DNA of 64,000 bases, taken from NCBI GenBank assembly GCA_964016885.1, contig OZ024740.1:440944001-441008000 (forward strand), given 5' to 3'. Source of the stretch: Eledone cirrhosa. Lineage: Eukaryota. Of the stretch, positions 12,620-26,800 are shown one piece after another (positions within the stretch are counted from its first letter, which is position 1; each line of letters opens with the position of its first letter). The position numbers and the translations under genes are program-made. Under the pieces are notes generated by a model. That model did no database searches. It saw nothing but the letters and a program-made list of their open reading frames with translations, and was not told the origin of the DNA.

Positions 12620-15600
12620 AGAAGTGTTGGTTCTCACATAGTAGTGTTGGTTCTCACATAGTAGGGTTGGTTCTCACATAGTAGTCTTGGTTCTAAAATA
12701 GTAGTGTTGGTTCTCACATAGTAGTGTTGGTTCTCACATAGTAGGGTTGGTTCTAAAATAGTAGGGTTGGTTTTAACATAGTAGTGTTGGTTCTCACATA
12801 GTAGTGTTGTTTCTCACATAGTAGTGTTGGTTCTCACATAGTAGTGTTGGCTCTAACAAAGTAGTGTTGGTTCTAACATAGTAGTGTTGGTTCTCACATA
12901 GTAGTGTTGGTTCTAACATAGTAGTGTTGGTTCTAACATAGTAGTGTTGCTTCTCACATAGTAGTGTTGCTTCTCACATAGTAGTGTTGGTTCTAACATA
13001 GTGGTGTGGGTTCTCACATAGAAGTGTTGGTTCTAACATAGTAGTGTTGGTTCTAACATAGTAGTGTTGGTTCTAACATAGTAGTGTTGGTTCTCACATA
13101 GTAGTGTTGGTTCTCACATAGTAGTGTTGGTTCTAACATAGTAGTGTTGGTTCTAACATAGTAGTGTTGGTTCTAATATAGTAGTGTTGGTTCTAACATA
13201 GTAGTGTTGGTTCTCACATAGAAGTGCAGGTTCTAACATAGTAGGGTTGGTTCTAGCATAGTAGTGTTGGTTCTCACATAGTAGTGTTGGCTCTAACAAA
13301 GTAGTGTTGGTTCTAACATAGTAGTGTTGGTTCTCACATAGTAGTGTTGGTTCTAACATAGTAGTGTTGGTTCTAACATAGTAGTGTTGGTTCTCACATA
13401 GTAGTGTTGGTTCTCACATAGTGGTGTGGGTTCTCACATAGAAGTGTTGGTTCTCACATAGTAGTGTTGGTTCTCACATAGTAGGGTTGGTTCTCACATA
13501 GTAGTCTTGGTTCTAAAATAGTAGTGTTGGTTCTCACATAGTAGTGTTGGTTCTCACATAGTAGGGTTGGTTCTAAAATAGTAGGGTTGGTTTTAACATA
13601 GTAGTGTTGGTTCTCACATAGTAGTGTTGTTTCTCACATAGTAGTGTTGGTTCTCACATAGTAGTGTTGGCTCTAACAAAGTAGTGTTGGTTCTAACATA
13701 GTAGTGTTGGTTCTCACATAGTAGTGTTGGTTCTAACATAGTAGTGTTGGTTCTAACATAGTAGTGTTGCTTCTCACATAGTAGTGTTGGTTCTCACATA
13801 GTAGTGCTGGTTCTAACATAGTGGTGTGGGTTCTCACATAGAAGTGTTGGTTCTAACATAGTAGTGTTGGTTCTAACATAGTAGTGTTGGTTCTAACATA
13901 GTAGTGTTGGTTCTCACATAGTAGTGTTGGTTCTCACATAGTAGTGTTGGTTCTAACATAGTAGTGTTGGTTCTAACATAGTAGTGTTGGTTCTAATATA
14001 GTAGTGTTGGTTCTAACATAGTAGTGTTGGTTCTCACATAGAAGTGCAGGTTCTAACATAGTAGGGTTGGTTCTAGCATAGTAGTGTTGGTTCTCACATA
14101 GTAGTGTTGGCTCTAACAAAGTAGTGTTGGTTCTAACATAGTAGTGTTGGTTCTCACATAGTAGTGTTGGTTCTAACATAGTAGTGTTGGTTCTAACATA
14201 GTAGTGTTGGTTCTCACATAGTAGTGTTGGTTCTCACATAGTAGTGTGGGTTCTAACATAGTGGTGTGGGTTCTCACATAGAAGTGTTGGTTCTAACATA
14301 GTAGTGTTGGTTCTCACATAGTAGTGTTGGTTCTCACATAGTAGTGTTGGTTCTAACATATTAGTGTTGGTTCTAACATAGTAGTGTTGGTTCTAATATA
14401 GTAGTGTTGGTTCTAACATAGTAGTGTTGGTTCTCACATAGTAGTGCAGGTTCTAACATAGTAGGGTTGGTTCTAGCATAGTAGTGTTGGTTCTCACATA
14501 GTAGTATTGGTTCTCACATAGTAGTGTTGGTTCTCACATAGTAGGGTTGGTTCTCACATAGTAGTGTTGGTTCTCACATAGTAGTGTTGGTTCTAAAATA
14601 GTAGTGTTTGTTCTAACATAGTAGTGCTGGTTCTCACATAGTAGTGTTGGTTCTCACATAGTAGTGTTGGTTCTCACATAGTAGTGTTAGTTCTCACATA
14701 GTAGTGTTGTTTCTCACATAGTAGTGTTGGTTCTCACATAGTAGTGTTGGTTCTAACATAGTAGTGTTGGTTCTAACATAGTAGTGTTGGTTCTCACATA
14801 GTAGTGTTGGTTCTAACATAGTAGTGTTGGTTCTCTACATAGTAGTGTTGGTTCTCACATAGTAGTCTTGGTTCTAACATAGTAGTGTTGGTTGTCACAT
14901 AGTAGTGTTGGTTCTCACATAGTAGTGTTGGTTCTAACATAGTAGTGTTGGTTCTCACATAGTAGTGTTGGTTCTCACATAGTAGGGTTGGTTCTCACAT
15001 AGTAGTGTTGGTTCTCACATAGTAGTGTTGGTTCTCACATAGTAGTGTTGGTTCTAACATAGTGGTGTTGGTTCTAACATAGTAGTGTTGGTTCTAACAT
15101 AGTAGTGTTGGTTCTCACATAGAAGTGTTGGTTCTCACATAGTAGTGTTGGTTCTCACATAGTAGGGTTGGTTCTCACATAGTAGTCTTGGTTCTAAAAT
15201 AGTAGTGTTGGTTCTCACATAGTAGTGTTGGTTCTCACATAGTAGGGTTGGTTCTAAAATAGTAGGGTTGGTTTTAACATAGTAGTGTTGGTTCTCACAT
15301 AGTAGTGTTGTTTCTCACATAGTAGTGTTGGTTCTCACATAGTAGTGTTGGCTCTAACAAAGTAGTGTTGGTTCTAACATAGTAGTGTTGGTTCTCACAT
15401 AGTAGTGTTGGTTCTAACATAGTAGTGTTGGTTCTAACATAGTAGTGTTGCTTCTCACATAGTAGTGTTGGTTCTCACATAGTAGTCTTGGTTCTAAAAT
15501 AGTAGTGTTGGTTCTCACATAGTAGTGTTGGTTCTCACATAGTAGGGTTGGTTCTCACATAGTAGTCTTGGTTCTAAAATAGTAGTGTTGGTTCTCACAT

Positions 15601-18360
15601 AGTAGTGTTGGTTCTCACATAGTAGGGTTGGTTCTAAAATAGTAGGGTTGGTTTTAACATAGTAGTGTTGGTTCTCACATAGTAGTGTTGTTTCTCACAT
15701 AGTAGTGTTGGTTCTCACATAGTAGTGTTGGCTCTAACAAAGTAGTGTTGGTTCTAACATAGTAGTGTTGGTTCTCACATAGTAGTGTTGGTTCTAACAT
15801 AGTAGTGTTGGTTCTAACATAGTAGTGTTGCTTCTCACATAGTAGTGTTGCTTCTCACATAGTAGTGTTGGTTCTAACATAGTGGTGTGGGTTCTCACAT
15901 AGAAGTGTTGGTTCTAACATAGTAGTGTTGGTTCTAACATAGTAGTGTTGGTTCTAACATAGTAGTGTTGGTTCTCACATAGTAGTGTTGGTTCTCACAT
16001 AGTAGTGTTGGTTCTAACATAGTAGTGTTGGTTCTAACATAGTAGTGTTGGTTCTAATATAGTAGTGTTGGTTCTAACATAGTAGTGTTGGTTCTCACAT
16101 AGAAGTGCAGGTTCTAACATAGTAGGGTTGGTTCTAGCATAGTAGTGTTGGTTCTCACATAGTAGTGTTGGCTCTAACAAAGTAGTGTTGGTTCTAACAT
16201 AGTAGTGTTGGTTCTCACATAGTAGTGTTGGTTCTAACATAGTAGTGTTGGTTCTAACATAGTAGTGTTGGTTCTCACATAGTAGTGTTGGTTCTCACAT
16301 AGTGGTGTGGGTTCTCACATAGAAGTGTTGGTTCTCACATAGTAGTGTTGGTTCTCACATAGTAGGGTTGGTTCTCACATAGTAGTCTTGGTTCTAAAAT
16401 AGTAGTGTTGGTTCTCACATAGTAGTGTTGGTTCTCACATAGTAGGGTTGGTTCTAAAATAGTAGGGTTGGTTTTAACATAGTAGTGTTGGTTCTCACAT
16501 AGTAGTGTTGTTTCTCACATAGTAGTGTTGGTTCTCACATAGTAGTGTTGGCTCTAACAAAGTAGTGTTGGTTCTAACATAGTAGTGTTGGTTCTCACAT
16601 AGTAGTGTTGGTTCTAACATAGTAGTGTTGGTTCTAACATAGTAGTGTTGCTTCTCACATAGTAGTGTTGGTTCTCACATAGTAGTGCTGGTTCTAACAT
16701 AGTGGTGTGGGTTCTCACATAGAAGTGTTGGTTCTAACATAGTAGTGTTGGTTCTAACATAGTAGTGTTGGTTCTAACATAGTAGTGTTGGTTCTCACAT
16801 AGTAGTGTTGGTTCTCACATAGTAGTGTTGGTTCTAACATAGTAGTGTTGGTTCTAACATAGTAGTGTTGGTTCTAATATAGTAGTGTTGGTTCTAACAT
16901 AGTAGTGTTGGTTCTCACATAGAAGTGCAGGTTCTAACATAGTAGGGTTGGTTCTAGCATAGTAGTGTTGGTTCTCACATAGTAGTGTTGGCTCTAACAA
17001 AGTAGTGTTGGTTCTAACATAGTAGTGTTGGTTCTCACATAGTAGTGTTGGTTCTAACATAGTAGTGTTGGTTCTAACATAGTAGTGTTGGTTCTCACAT
17101 AGTAGTGTTGGTTCTCACATAGTAGTGTGGGTTCTAACATAGTGGTGTGGGTTCTCACATAGAAGTGTTGGTTCTAACATAGTAGTGTTGGTTCTCACAT
17201 AGTAGTGTTGGTTCTCACATAGTAGTGTTGGTTCTAACATATTAGTGTTGGTTCTAACATAGTAGTGTTGGTTCTAATATAGTAGTGTTGGTTCTAACAT
17301 AGTAGTGTTGGTTCTCACATAGTAGTGCAGGTTCTAACATAGTAGGGTTGGTTCTAGCATAGTAGTGTTGGTTCTCACATAGTAGTATTGGTTCTCACAT
17401 AGTAGTGTTGGTTCTCACATAGTAGGGTTGGTTCTCACATAGTAGTGTTGGTTCTCACATAGTAGTGTTGGTTCTAAAATAGTAGTGTTTGTTCTAACAT
17501 AGTAGTGCTGGTTCTCACATAGTAGTGTTGGTTCTCACATAGTAGTGTTGGTTCTCACATAGTAGTGTTAGTTCTCACATAGTAGTGTTGTTTCTCACAT
17601 AGTAGTGTTGGTTCTCACATAGTAGTGTTGGTTCTAACATAGTAGTGTTGGTTCTAACATAGTAGTGTTGGTTCTCACATAGTAGTGTTGGTTCTAACAT
17701 AGTAGTGTTGGTTCTCTACATAGTAGTGTTGGTTCTCACATAGTAGTCTTGGTTCTAACATAGTAGTGTTGGTTGTCACATAGTAGTGTTGGTTCTCACA
17801 TAGTAGTGTTGGTTCTAACATAGTAGTGTTGGTTCTCACATAGTAGTGTTGGTTCTCACATAGTAGGGTTGGTTCTCACATAGTAGTGTTGGTTCTCACA
17901 TAGTAGTGTTGGTTCTCACATAGTAGTGTTGGTTCTAACATAGTGGTGTTGGTTCTAACATAGTAGTGTTGGTTCTAACATAGTAGTGTTGGTTCTCACA
18001 TAGAAGTGTTGGTTCTCACATAGTAGTGTTGGTTCTCACATAGTAGGGTTGGTTCTCACATAGTAGTCTTGGTTCTAAAATAGTAGTGTTGGTTCTCACA
18101 TAGTAGTGTTGGTTCTCACATAGTAGGGTTGGTTCTAAAATAGTAGGGTTGGTTTTAACATAGTAGTGTTGGTTCTCACATAGTAGTGTTGTTTCTCACA
18201 TAGTAGTGTTGGTTCTCACATAGTAGTGTTGGCTCTAACAAAGTAGTGTTGGTTCTAACATAGTAGTGTTGGTTCTCACATAGTAGTGTTGGTTCTAACA
18301 TAGTAGTGTTGGTTCTAACATAGTAGTGTTGCTTCTCACATAGTAGTGTTGGTTCTCACA
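12620..18360. repeat. Tandem block duplication, 2 x ~2,881 bp (144 monomers + 1 bp), each with an internal 820-bp repeat
   Basis: ORFs 13153/16034 and 13973/16854 give offset 2881 with an internal offset of 820. The 21-bp monomer containing TTCTCTACAT occurs once in each copy (~14832, ~17713). Confidence 0.88.
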
Positions 18361-21300
18361 TAGTAGTGTTGGTTCTAACATAGTGGTGTGGGTTCTCACA
18401 TAGAAGTGTTGGTTCTAACATAGTAGTGTTGGTTCTAACATAGTAGTGTTGGTTCTAACATAGTAGTGTTGGTTCTCACATAGTAGTGTTGGTTCTCACA
18501 TAGTAGTGTTGGTTCTAACATAGTAGTGTTGGTTCTAACATAGTAGTGTTGGTTCTAATATAGTAGTGTTGGTTCTAACATAGTAGTGTTGGTTCTCACA
18601 TAGAAGTGCAGGTTCTAACATAGTAGGGTTGGTTCTAGCATAGTAGTGTTGGTTCTCACATAGTAGTGTTGGCTCTAACAAAGTAGTGTTGGTTCTAACA
18701 TAGTAGTGTTGGTTCTCACATAGTAGTGTTGGTTCTAACATAGTAGTGTTGGTTCTAACATAGTAGTGTTGGTTCTCACATATTAGTGTTGGTTCTCACA
18801 TAGTAGTGTGGGTTCTAACATAGTGGTGTGGGTTCTCACATAGAAGTGTTGGTTCTAACATAGTAGTGTTGGTTCTCACATAGTAGTGTTGGTTCTCACA
18901 TAGTAGTGTTGGTTCTAACATATTAGTGTTGGTTCTAACATAGTAGTGTTGGTTCTAATATAGTAGTGTTGGTTCTAACATAGTAGTGTTGGTTCTCACA
19001 TAGTAGTGCAGGTTCTAACATAGTAGGGTTGGTTCTAGCATAGTAGTGTTGGTTCTCACATAGTAGTATTGGTTCTCACATAGTAGTGTTGGTTCTCACA
19101 TAGTAGGGTTGGTTCTCACATAGTAGTGTTGGTTCTCACATAGTAGTGTTGGTTCTAACATAGTAGTGTTGGTTCTAACATAGTAGTGTTGCTTCTCACA
19201 TAGTAGTGTTGGTTCTCACATAGTAGTGTTGGTTCTAACATAGTGGTGTGGGTTCTCACATAGAAGTGTTGGTTCTAACATAGTAGTGTTGGTTCTAACA
19301 TAGTAGTGTTGGTTCTAACATAGTAGTGTTGGTTCTCACATAGTAGTGTTGGTTCTCACATAGTAGTGTTGGTTCTAACATAGTAGTGTTGGTTCTAACA
19401 TAGTAGTGTTGGTTCTAATATAGTAGTGTTGGTTCTAACATAGTAGTGTTGGTTCTCACATAGAAGTGCAGGTTCTAACATAGTAGGGTTTGTTCTAGCA
19501 TAGTAGTGTTGGTTCTCACATAGTAGTGTTGGCTCTAACAAAGTAGTGTTGGTTCTAACATAGTAGTGTTGGTTCTCACATAGTAGTGTTGGTTCTAACA
19601 TAGTAGTGTTGGTTCTAACATAGTAGTGTTGGTTCTCACATAGTAGTGTTGGTTCTCACATAGTAGTGTGGGTTCTAACATAGTGGTGTGGGTTCTCACA
19701 TAGAAGTGTTGGTTCTAACATAGTAGTGTTGGTTCTCACATAGTAGTGTTGGTTCTCACATAGTAGTGTTGGTTCTAACATATTAGTGTTGGTTCTAACA
19801 TAGTAGTGTTGGTTCTAATATAGTAGTGTTGGTTCTAACATAGTAGTGTTGGTTCTCACATAGTAGTGCAGGTTCTAACATAGTAGGGTTGGTTCTAGCA
19901 TAGTAGTGTTGGTTCTCACATAGTAGTATTGGTTCTCACATAGTAGTGTTGGTTCTCACATAGTAGGGTTGGTTCTCACATAGTAGTGTTGGTTCTCACA
20001 TAGTAGTGTTGGTTCTAAAATAGTAGTGTTTGTTCTAACATAGTAGTGTTGGTTCTCACATAGTAGTGTTGGTTCTCACATAGTAGTGTTGGTTCTCACA
20101 TAGTAGTGTTAGTTCTCACATAGTAGTGTTGTTTCTCACATAGTAGTGTTGGTTCTCACATAGTAGTGTTGGTTCTAACATAGTAGTGTTGGTTCTAACA
20201 TAGTAGTGTTGCTTCTCACATAGTAGTGTTGGTTCTAACATAGTAGTGTTGGTTCTAACATAGTAGTGTTGGTTCTCACATAGTAGTCTTGGTTCTAACA
20301 TAGTAGTGTTGGTTGTCACATAGTAGTGTTGGTTCTCACATAGTAGTGTTGGTTCTCACATAGTAGTGTTGGTTCTCACATAGTAGTGTTGGTTCTAAAA
20401 TAGTAGTGTTTGTTCTAACATAGTAGTGTTGGTTCTCACATAGTAGTGTTGGTTCTCACATAGTAGTGTTGGTTCTCACATAGTAGTGTTAGTTCTCACA
20501 TAGTAGTGTTGTTTCTCACATAGTAGTGTTGGTTCTCACATAGTAGTGTTGGTTCTAACATAGTAGTGTTGGTTCTAACATAGTAGTGTTGGTTCTCACA
20601 TAGTAGTGTTGGTTCTAACATAGTAGTGTTGGTTCTAACATAGTAGTGTTGGTTCTCACATAGTAGTCTTGGTTCTAACATAGTAGTGTTGGTTGTCACA
20701 TAGTAGTGTTGGTTCTCACATAGTAGTGTTGGTTCTAACATAGTAGTGTTGGTTCTCACATAGTAGTGTTGGTTCTCACATAGTAGGGTTGGTTCTCACA
20801 TAGTTGTGTTGGTTCTCACATAGTAGTGTTGGTTCTCACATAGTAGTGTTGGTTCTAACATAGTGGTGTTGGTTCTAACATAGTAGTGTTGGTTCTAACA
20901 TAGTAGTGTTGGTTCTCACATAGAAGTGTTGGTTCTCACATAGTAGTGTTGGTTCTCACATAGTAGGGTTGGTTCTCACATAGTAGTCTTGGTTCTAAAA
21001 TAGTAGTGTTGGTTCTCACATAGTAGTGTTGGTTCTCACATAGTAGGGTTGGTTCTAAAATAGTAGGGTTGGTTTTAACATAGTAGTGTTGGTTCTCACA
21101 TAGTAGTGTTGTTTCTCACATAGTAGTGTTGGTTCTCACATAGTAGTGTTGGCTCTAACAAAGTAGTGTTGGTTCTAACATAGTAGTGTTGGTTCTCACA
21201 TAGTAGTGTTGGTTCTAACATAGTAGTGTTGGTTCTAACATAGTAGTGTTGCTTCTCACATAGTAGTGTTGGTTCTCACATAGTAGTGTTGGTTCTAACA

Positions 21301-23260
21301 TAGTGGTGTGGGTTCTCACATAGAAGTGTTGGTTCTAACATAGTAGTGTTGGTTCTAACATAGTAGTGTTGGTTCTAACATAGTAGTGTTGGTTCTCACA
21401 TAGTAGTGTTGGTTCTCACATAGTAGTGTTGGTTCTAACATAGTAGTGTTGGTTCTAACATAGTAGTGTTGGTTCTAATATAGTAGTGTTGGTTCTAACA
21501 TAGTAGTGTTGGTTCTCACATAGAAGTGCAGGTTCTAACATAGTAGGGTTGGTTCTAGCATAGTAGTGTTGGTTCTCACATAGTAGTGTTGGCTCTAACA
21601 AAGTAGTGTTGGTTCTAACATAGTAGTGTTGGTTCTCACATAGTAGTGTTGGTTCTAACATAGTAGTGTTGGTTCTAACATAGTAGTGTTGGTTCTCACA
21701 TAGTAGTGTTGGTTCTCACATAGTAGTGTGGGTTCTAACATAGTGGTGTGGGTTCTCACATAGAAGTGTTGGTTCTAACATAGTAGTGTTGGTTCTCACA
21801 TAGTAGTGTTGGTTCTCACATAGTAGTGTTGGTTCTAACATATTAGTGTTGGTTCTAACATAGTAGTGTTGGTTCTAATATAGTAGTGTTGGTTCTAACA
21901 TAGTAGTGTTGGTTCTCACATAGTAGTGCAGGTTCTAACATAGTAGGGTTGGTTCTAGCATAGTAGTGTTGGTTCTCACATAGTAGTATTGGTTCTCACA
22001 TAGTAGTGTTGGTTCTCACATAGTAGGGTTGGTTCTCACATAGTAGTGTTGGTTCTCACATAGTAGTGTTGGTTCTAACATAGTAGTGTTGGTTCTAACA
22101 TAGTAGTGTTGCTTCTCACATAGTAGTGTTGGTTCTCACATAGTAGTGTTGGTTCTAACATAGTGGTGTGGGTTCTCACATAGAAGTGTTGGTTCTAACA
22201 TAGTAGTGTTGGTTCTAACATAGTAGTGTTGGTTCTAACATAGTAGTGTTGGTTCTCACATAGTAGTGTTGGTTCTCACATAGTAGTGTTGGTTCTAACA
22301 TAGTAGTGTTGGTTCTAACATAGTAGTGTTGGTTCTAATATAGTAGTGTTGGTTCTAACATAGTAGTGTTGGTTCTCACATAGAAGTGCAGGTTCTAACA
22401 TAGTAGGGTTTGTTCTAGCATAGTAGTGTTGGTTCTCACATAGTAGTGTTGGCTCTAACAAAGTAGTGTTGGTTCTAACATAGTAGTGTTGGTTCTCACA
22501 TAGTAGTGTTGGTTCTAACATAGTAGTGTTGGTTCTAACATAGTAGTGTTGGTTCTCACATAGTAGTGTTGGTTCTCACATAGTAGTGTAGGTTCTAACA
22601 TAGTGGTGTGGGTTCTCACATAGAAGTGTTGGTTCTAACATAGTAGTGTTGGTTCTCACATAGTAGTGTTGGTTCTCACATAGTAGTGTTGGTTCTAACA
22701 TATTAGTGTTGGTTCTAACATAGTAGTGTTGGTTCTAATATAGTAGTGTTGGTTCTAACATAGTAGTGTTGGTTCTCACATAGTAGTGCAGGTTCTAACA
22801 TAGTAGGGTTGGTTCTAGCATAGTAGTGTTGGTTCTCACATAGTAGTATTGGTTCTCACATAGTAGTGTTGGTTCTCACATAGTAGGGTTGGTTCTCACA
22901 TAGTAGTGTTGGTTCTCACATAGTAGTGTTGGTTCTAAAATAGTAGTGTTTGTTCTAACATAGTAGTGTTGATTCACACATAGTAGTGTTGGTTCTCACA
23001 TAGTAGTGTTGGTTCTCACATAGTAGTGTTAGTTCTCACATAGTAGTGTTGTTTCTCACATAGTAGTGTTGGTTCTCACATAGTAGTGTTGGTTCTAACA
23101 TAGTAGTGTTGGTTCTAACATAGTAGTGTTGCTTCTCACATAGTAGTGTTGGTTCTAACATAGTAGTGTTGGTTCTAACATAGTAGTGTTGGTTCTCACA
23201 TAGTAGTCTTGGTTCTAACATAGTAGTGTTGGTTGTCACATAGTAGTGTTGGTTCTCACA
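17450..23260. repeat. Tandem block duplication, 2 x ~2,920 bp (146 monomers), each with an internal 860-bp repeat
   Basis: ORFs 18535/21455, 19395/22315 and 20116/23036 (offset 2920); rare variant GGGTTTGTTCTAGCA at ~19486/22406. Confidence 0.85.
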
Positions 23261-23899
23261 TAGTAGTGTTGGTTCTAACATAGTAGTGTTGGTTCTCACA
23301 TAGTAGTGTTGGTTCTCACATAGTAGGGTTGGTTCTCACATAGTAGTGTTGGTTCTCACATAGTAGTGTTGGTTCTCACATAGTAGTGTTGGTTCTAACA
23401 TAGTGGTGTTGGTTCTAACATAGTAGTGTTGGTTCTAACATAGTAGTGTTGGTTCTCACATAGTAGTGTTGGTTCTAACATAGTAGTGTTGGTTCTAACA
23501 TAGTAGTGTTGGTTCTCACATAGTAGTCTTGGTTCTAACATAGTAGTGTTGGTTGTCACATAGTAGTGTTGGTTCTCACATAGTAGTGTTGGTTCTAACA
23601 TAGTAGTGTTGGTTCTCACATAGTAGTGTTGGTTCTCACATAGTAGTGTTGGTTCTCACATAGTAGTGTTGGTTCTCACATAGTAGTGTTGGTTCTAACA
23701 TAGTGGTGTTGGTTCTAACATAGTAGTGTTGGTTCTAACATAGTAGTGTTGGTTCTCACATAGTAGTGTTGGTTCTAACATAGTAGTGTTGGTTCTCACA
23801 TAGTAGTGTTGGTTCTCACATAGTAGTGTTGGTTCTAACATAGTAGTGTTGGTTCTAACATAGTAGTGTTGGTTCTAATATAGTAGTGTTGGTTCTAAC

Positions 23900-26800
23900 A
23901 TAGTAGTGTTGGTTCTCACATAGAAGTGCAGGTTCTAACATAGTAGGGTTGGTTCTAGCATAGTAGTGTTGGTTCTCACATAGTAGTGTTGGCTCTAACA
24001 AAGTAGTGTTGGTTCTAACATAGTAGTGTTGGTTCTCACATAGTAGTGTTGGTTCTAACATAGTAGTGTTGGTTCTAACATAGTAGTGTTGGTTCTCACA
24101 TAGTAGTGTTGGTTCTCACATAGTAGTGTGGGTTCTAACATAGTGGTGTGGGTTCTCACATAGAAGTGTTAGTTCTAACATAGTAGTGTTGGTTCTCACA
24201 TAGTAGTGTTGGTTCTCACATAGTAGTGTTGGTTCTAACATATTAGTGTTGGTTCTAACATAGTAGTGTTGGTTCTAATATAGTAGTGTTGGTTCTAACA
24301 TAGTAGTGTTGGTTCTCACATAGTAGTGCAGGTTCTAACATAGTAGGGTTGGTTCTAGCATAGTAGTGTTGGTTCTCACATAGTAGTATTGGTTCTCACA
24401 TAGTAGTGTTGGTTCTCACATAGTAGTGTTCGTTCTCACATAGTAGTGTTGGTTCTCACATAGTAGTGTTGGTTCTAAAATAGTAGTGTTTGTTCTAACA
24501 TTGTAGTGTTGGTTCTCACATAGTAGTGTTGGTTCTCACATAGTAGTGTTGGTTCTCACATAGTAGTGTTAGTTCTCACATAGTAGTGTTGTTTCTCACA
24601 TAGTAGTGTTGGTTCTCACATAGTAGTGTTGGTTCTAACATAGTAGTGTTGGTTCTAACATAGTAGTGTTGGTTCTCACATAGTAGTGTTGGTTCTAACA
24701 TAGTAGTGTTGGTTCTCACATAGTAGTGTTGGTTCTCACATAGTAGTGTTGGTTCTAACCTAGTAGTGTTGGTTCTAACATAGTAGTGTTGGTTCTCACA
24801 TAGTAGTGTTGGTTCTCACATAGTAGTGTTGGTTCTCACATAGTAGTGTTGGTTCTCACATAGTAGGGTTGGTTCTCACATAGTAGTGTTGGTTCTCACA
24901 TAGTAGTGTTGGTTCTCACATAGTAGTGTTGGTTCTAACATAGTGGTGTTGGTTCTAACATAGTAGTGTTGGTTCTAACATAGTAGTGTTGGTTCTCACA
25001 TAGTAGTGTTGGTTCTAACATAGTAGTGTTGGTTCTAACATAGTAGTGTTGGTTCTAACATAGTAGTGTTGGTTCTAACCTTGTAGTGTTGGTTCTCACA
25101 TAGTAGTGTATGTTCTAACATAGTAGTGTTGGTTCTAACATAGTAGGGTTGGTTCTAACATAGTAGTGTTGGTTCTCACATAGTAGTGTTGGTTCTAATA
25201 TAGTAGCGTTGGTTCTAACATAGTAGGGTTGGTTCTAACATAGTAGTGTTGGTTCTCACATAGTAGTGTTGGTTCTAATATAGTAGTGTTGGTTCTCACA
25301 TAGTAGTGTAGGTTCTAACATAGTAGTGTTGGTTCTAACATAGTAGTGTTGGTTCTCACATAGTAGTGTTGGTTCTCACATAGTATTATTGGTTCTAACA
25401 TAGTAGTGCTGGTTCTCACATAGTAGTGTTGGTTCTCACATAGTAGGGTTGGTTCTAACATAGTAAGGTTGGTTCTAACATAGTAGTGTTGGTTCTAACA
25501 TAGTAGTGTTGGTTCTCACATAGTAGTGTTGGTCCTAATATAGTAGGGTTGGTTCTAACATAGTAGTGTTGGTTCTCACATAGTAGTGTTGGTTCTAATA
25601 TAGTAGGGTTGGTTCTCACATAGTAGGGTTGTTTCTAACATAGTAGTGTTGGTTCTCACATAGTAGTGTTGGTTCTCACATAGTACGGTTGTTCTAACAT
25701 AGTAGGGTTGGTTCTAACATAGTAGTGTTGGTTCTAATATAGTAGTGTTGGTTCTAACATAGTAGTGTTGGTTCTAACATAGTAAGGTTGGTTCTAACAT
25801 AGTAGTGTTGGTTCTAACATAGTAGTTGGTTCTAACATAGTAGTGTTGGTTCTAACATAGTAGTGTTGGTTCTCACATAGTAGGGTTGGTTCTAACATAG
25901 TAGTGTTGGTTCTAACATAGTAGTGTTGGTTCTAACATAGTAGTGTTGGTTCTAACCTAGTAGAGTTGGTTCTAACATAGTAGTGTTGGTTCTCACATAG
26001 TAGTGTTGGTTCTAACATAGTAGTGTTGGTTCTCACATAGTAGTGTTGGTTCTCACATAGTAGTGTTGGTTCTCACATAGTAGTGTTGGTTCTCACATAG
26101 TAATGTTGGTTCTAACATAGTAGTGTTGGTTCTAACATAGTAGTGTTGGTTCTCACATAGTAGTGTTGGTTCTCACATAGTAGTGTTGGTTCTAACGTAG
26201 TAGTGTTGGTTCTAACATAGTAGTGTTGGTTCTAACATAGTAGTGTTGGTTCTAACATAGTAGTGTTGGTTCTAACATAGTAGTGTTGGTTCTAACCTAG
26301 TAGTGTTGGTTCTTACATAGTAGTGTTGGTTCTCACATAGTAGTGTTGGTTCTAACATAGTAGTGTTGGTTCTAACATAGTAGTGTTGGTTCTCACATAG
26401 TAGTGTTGGTTCTCACATACTAGTGTTGGTTCTCACATAGTAATGTTGGTTCTCACTTAGTAGTGTTGGTTCTAACATAGTAGTGTTGGTTCTTACATTG
26501 TAGTGTTGGTTCTCACATAGTAGTGTTGGTTCTAACGTAGTATATTTGGTTCTAACATAGTAGTGTTGGTTCTCACATAGTAGTGTTGGTTCTAACATAG
26601 TAGTGTTGGTTCTAACATAGTAGTGTTGGTTCTCACATAGAAGTGCAGGTTCTAACATAGTAGGGTTGGTTCTAGCATAGTAGTGTTGGTTCTCACATAG
26701 TAGTGTTGGCTCTAACAAAGTAGTGTTGGTTCTAACATAGTAGTGTTGGTTCTCACATAGTAGTGTTGGTTCTAACATAGTAGTGTTGGTTCTAACATAG

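Larger units (their letters stand above)
1..23900. repeat. Array domain A (no deletion-type monomers; A-type variant set)
   Basis: Recurrent diagnostic variants GTGCAGG, TCTAGCAT, GGCTCTAACAAAG, TGGTGTGGG followed by GAAGTG, TCTAAAAT, AGTCTTGG and TTGTCAC. The register shifts only three times, each by +1 (~6041, ~14836, ~17716). Confidence 0.85.

Noticed and set aside
22965-22985. Singleton odd monomers (GATTCACAC ~22971; TGTTCAC ~6911; TTTTTTCTCACG ~41169; ACACAG ~51621)
   Set aside because: Each is seen once and cannot be distinguished from consensus or sequencing error without reads; none looks like an insertion footprint.
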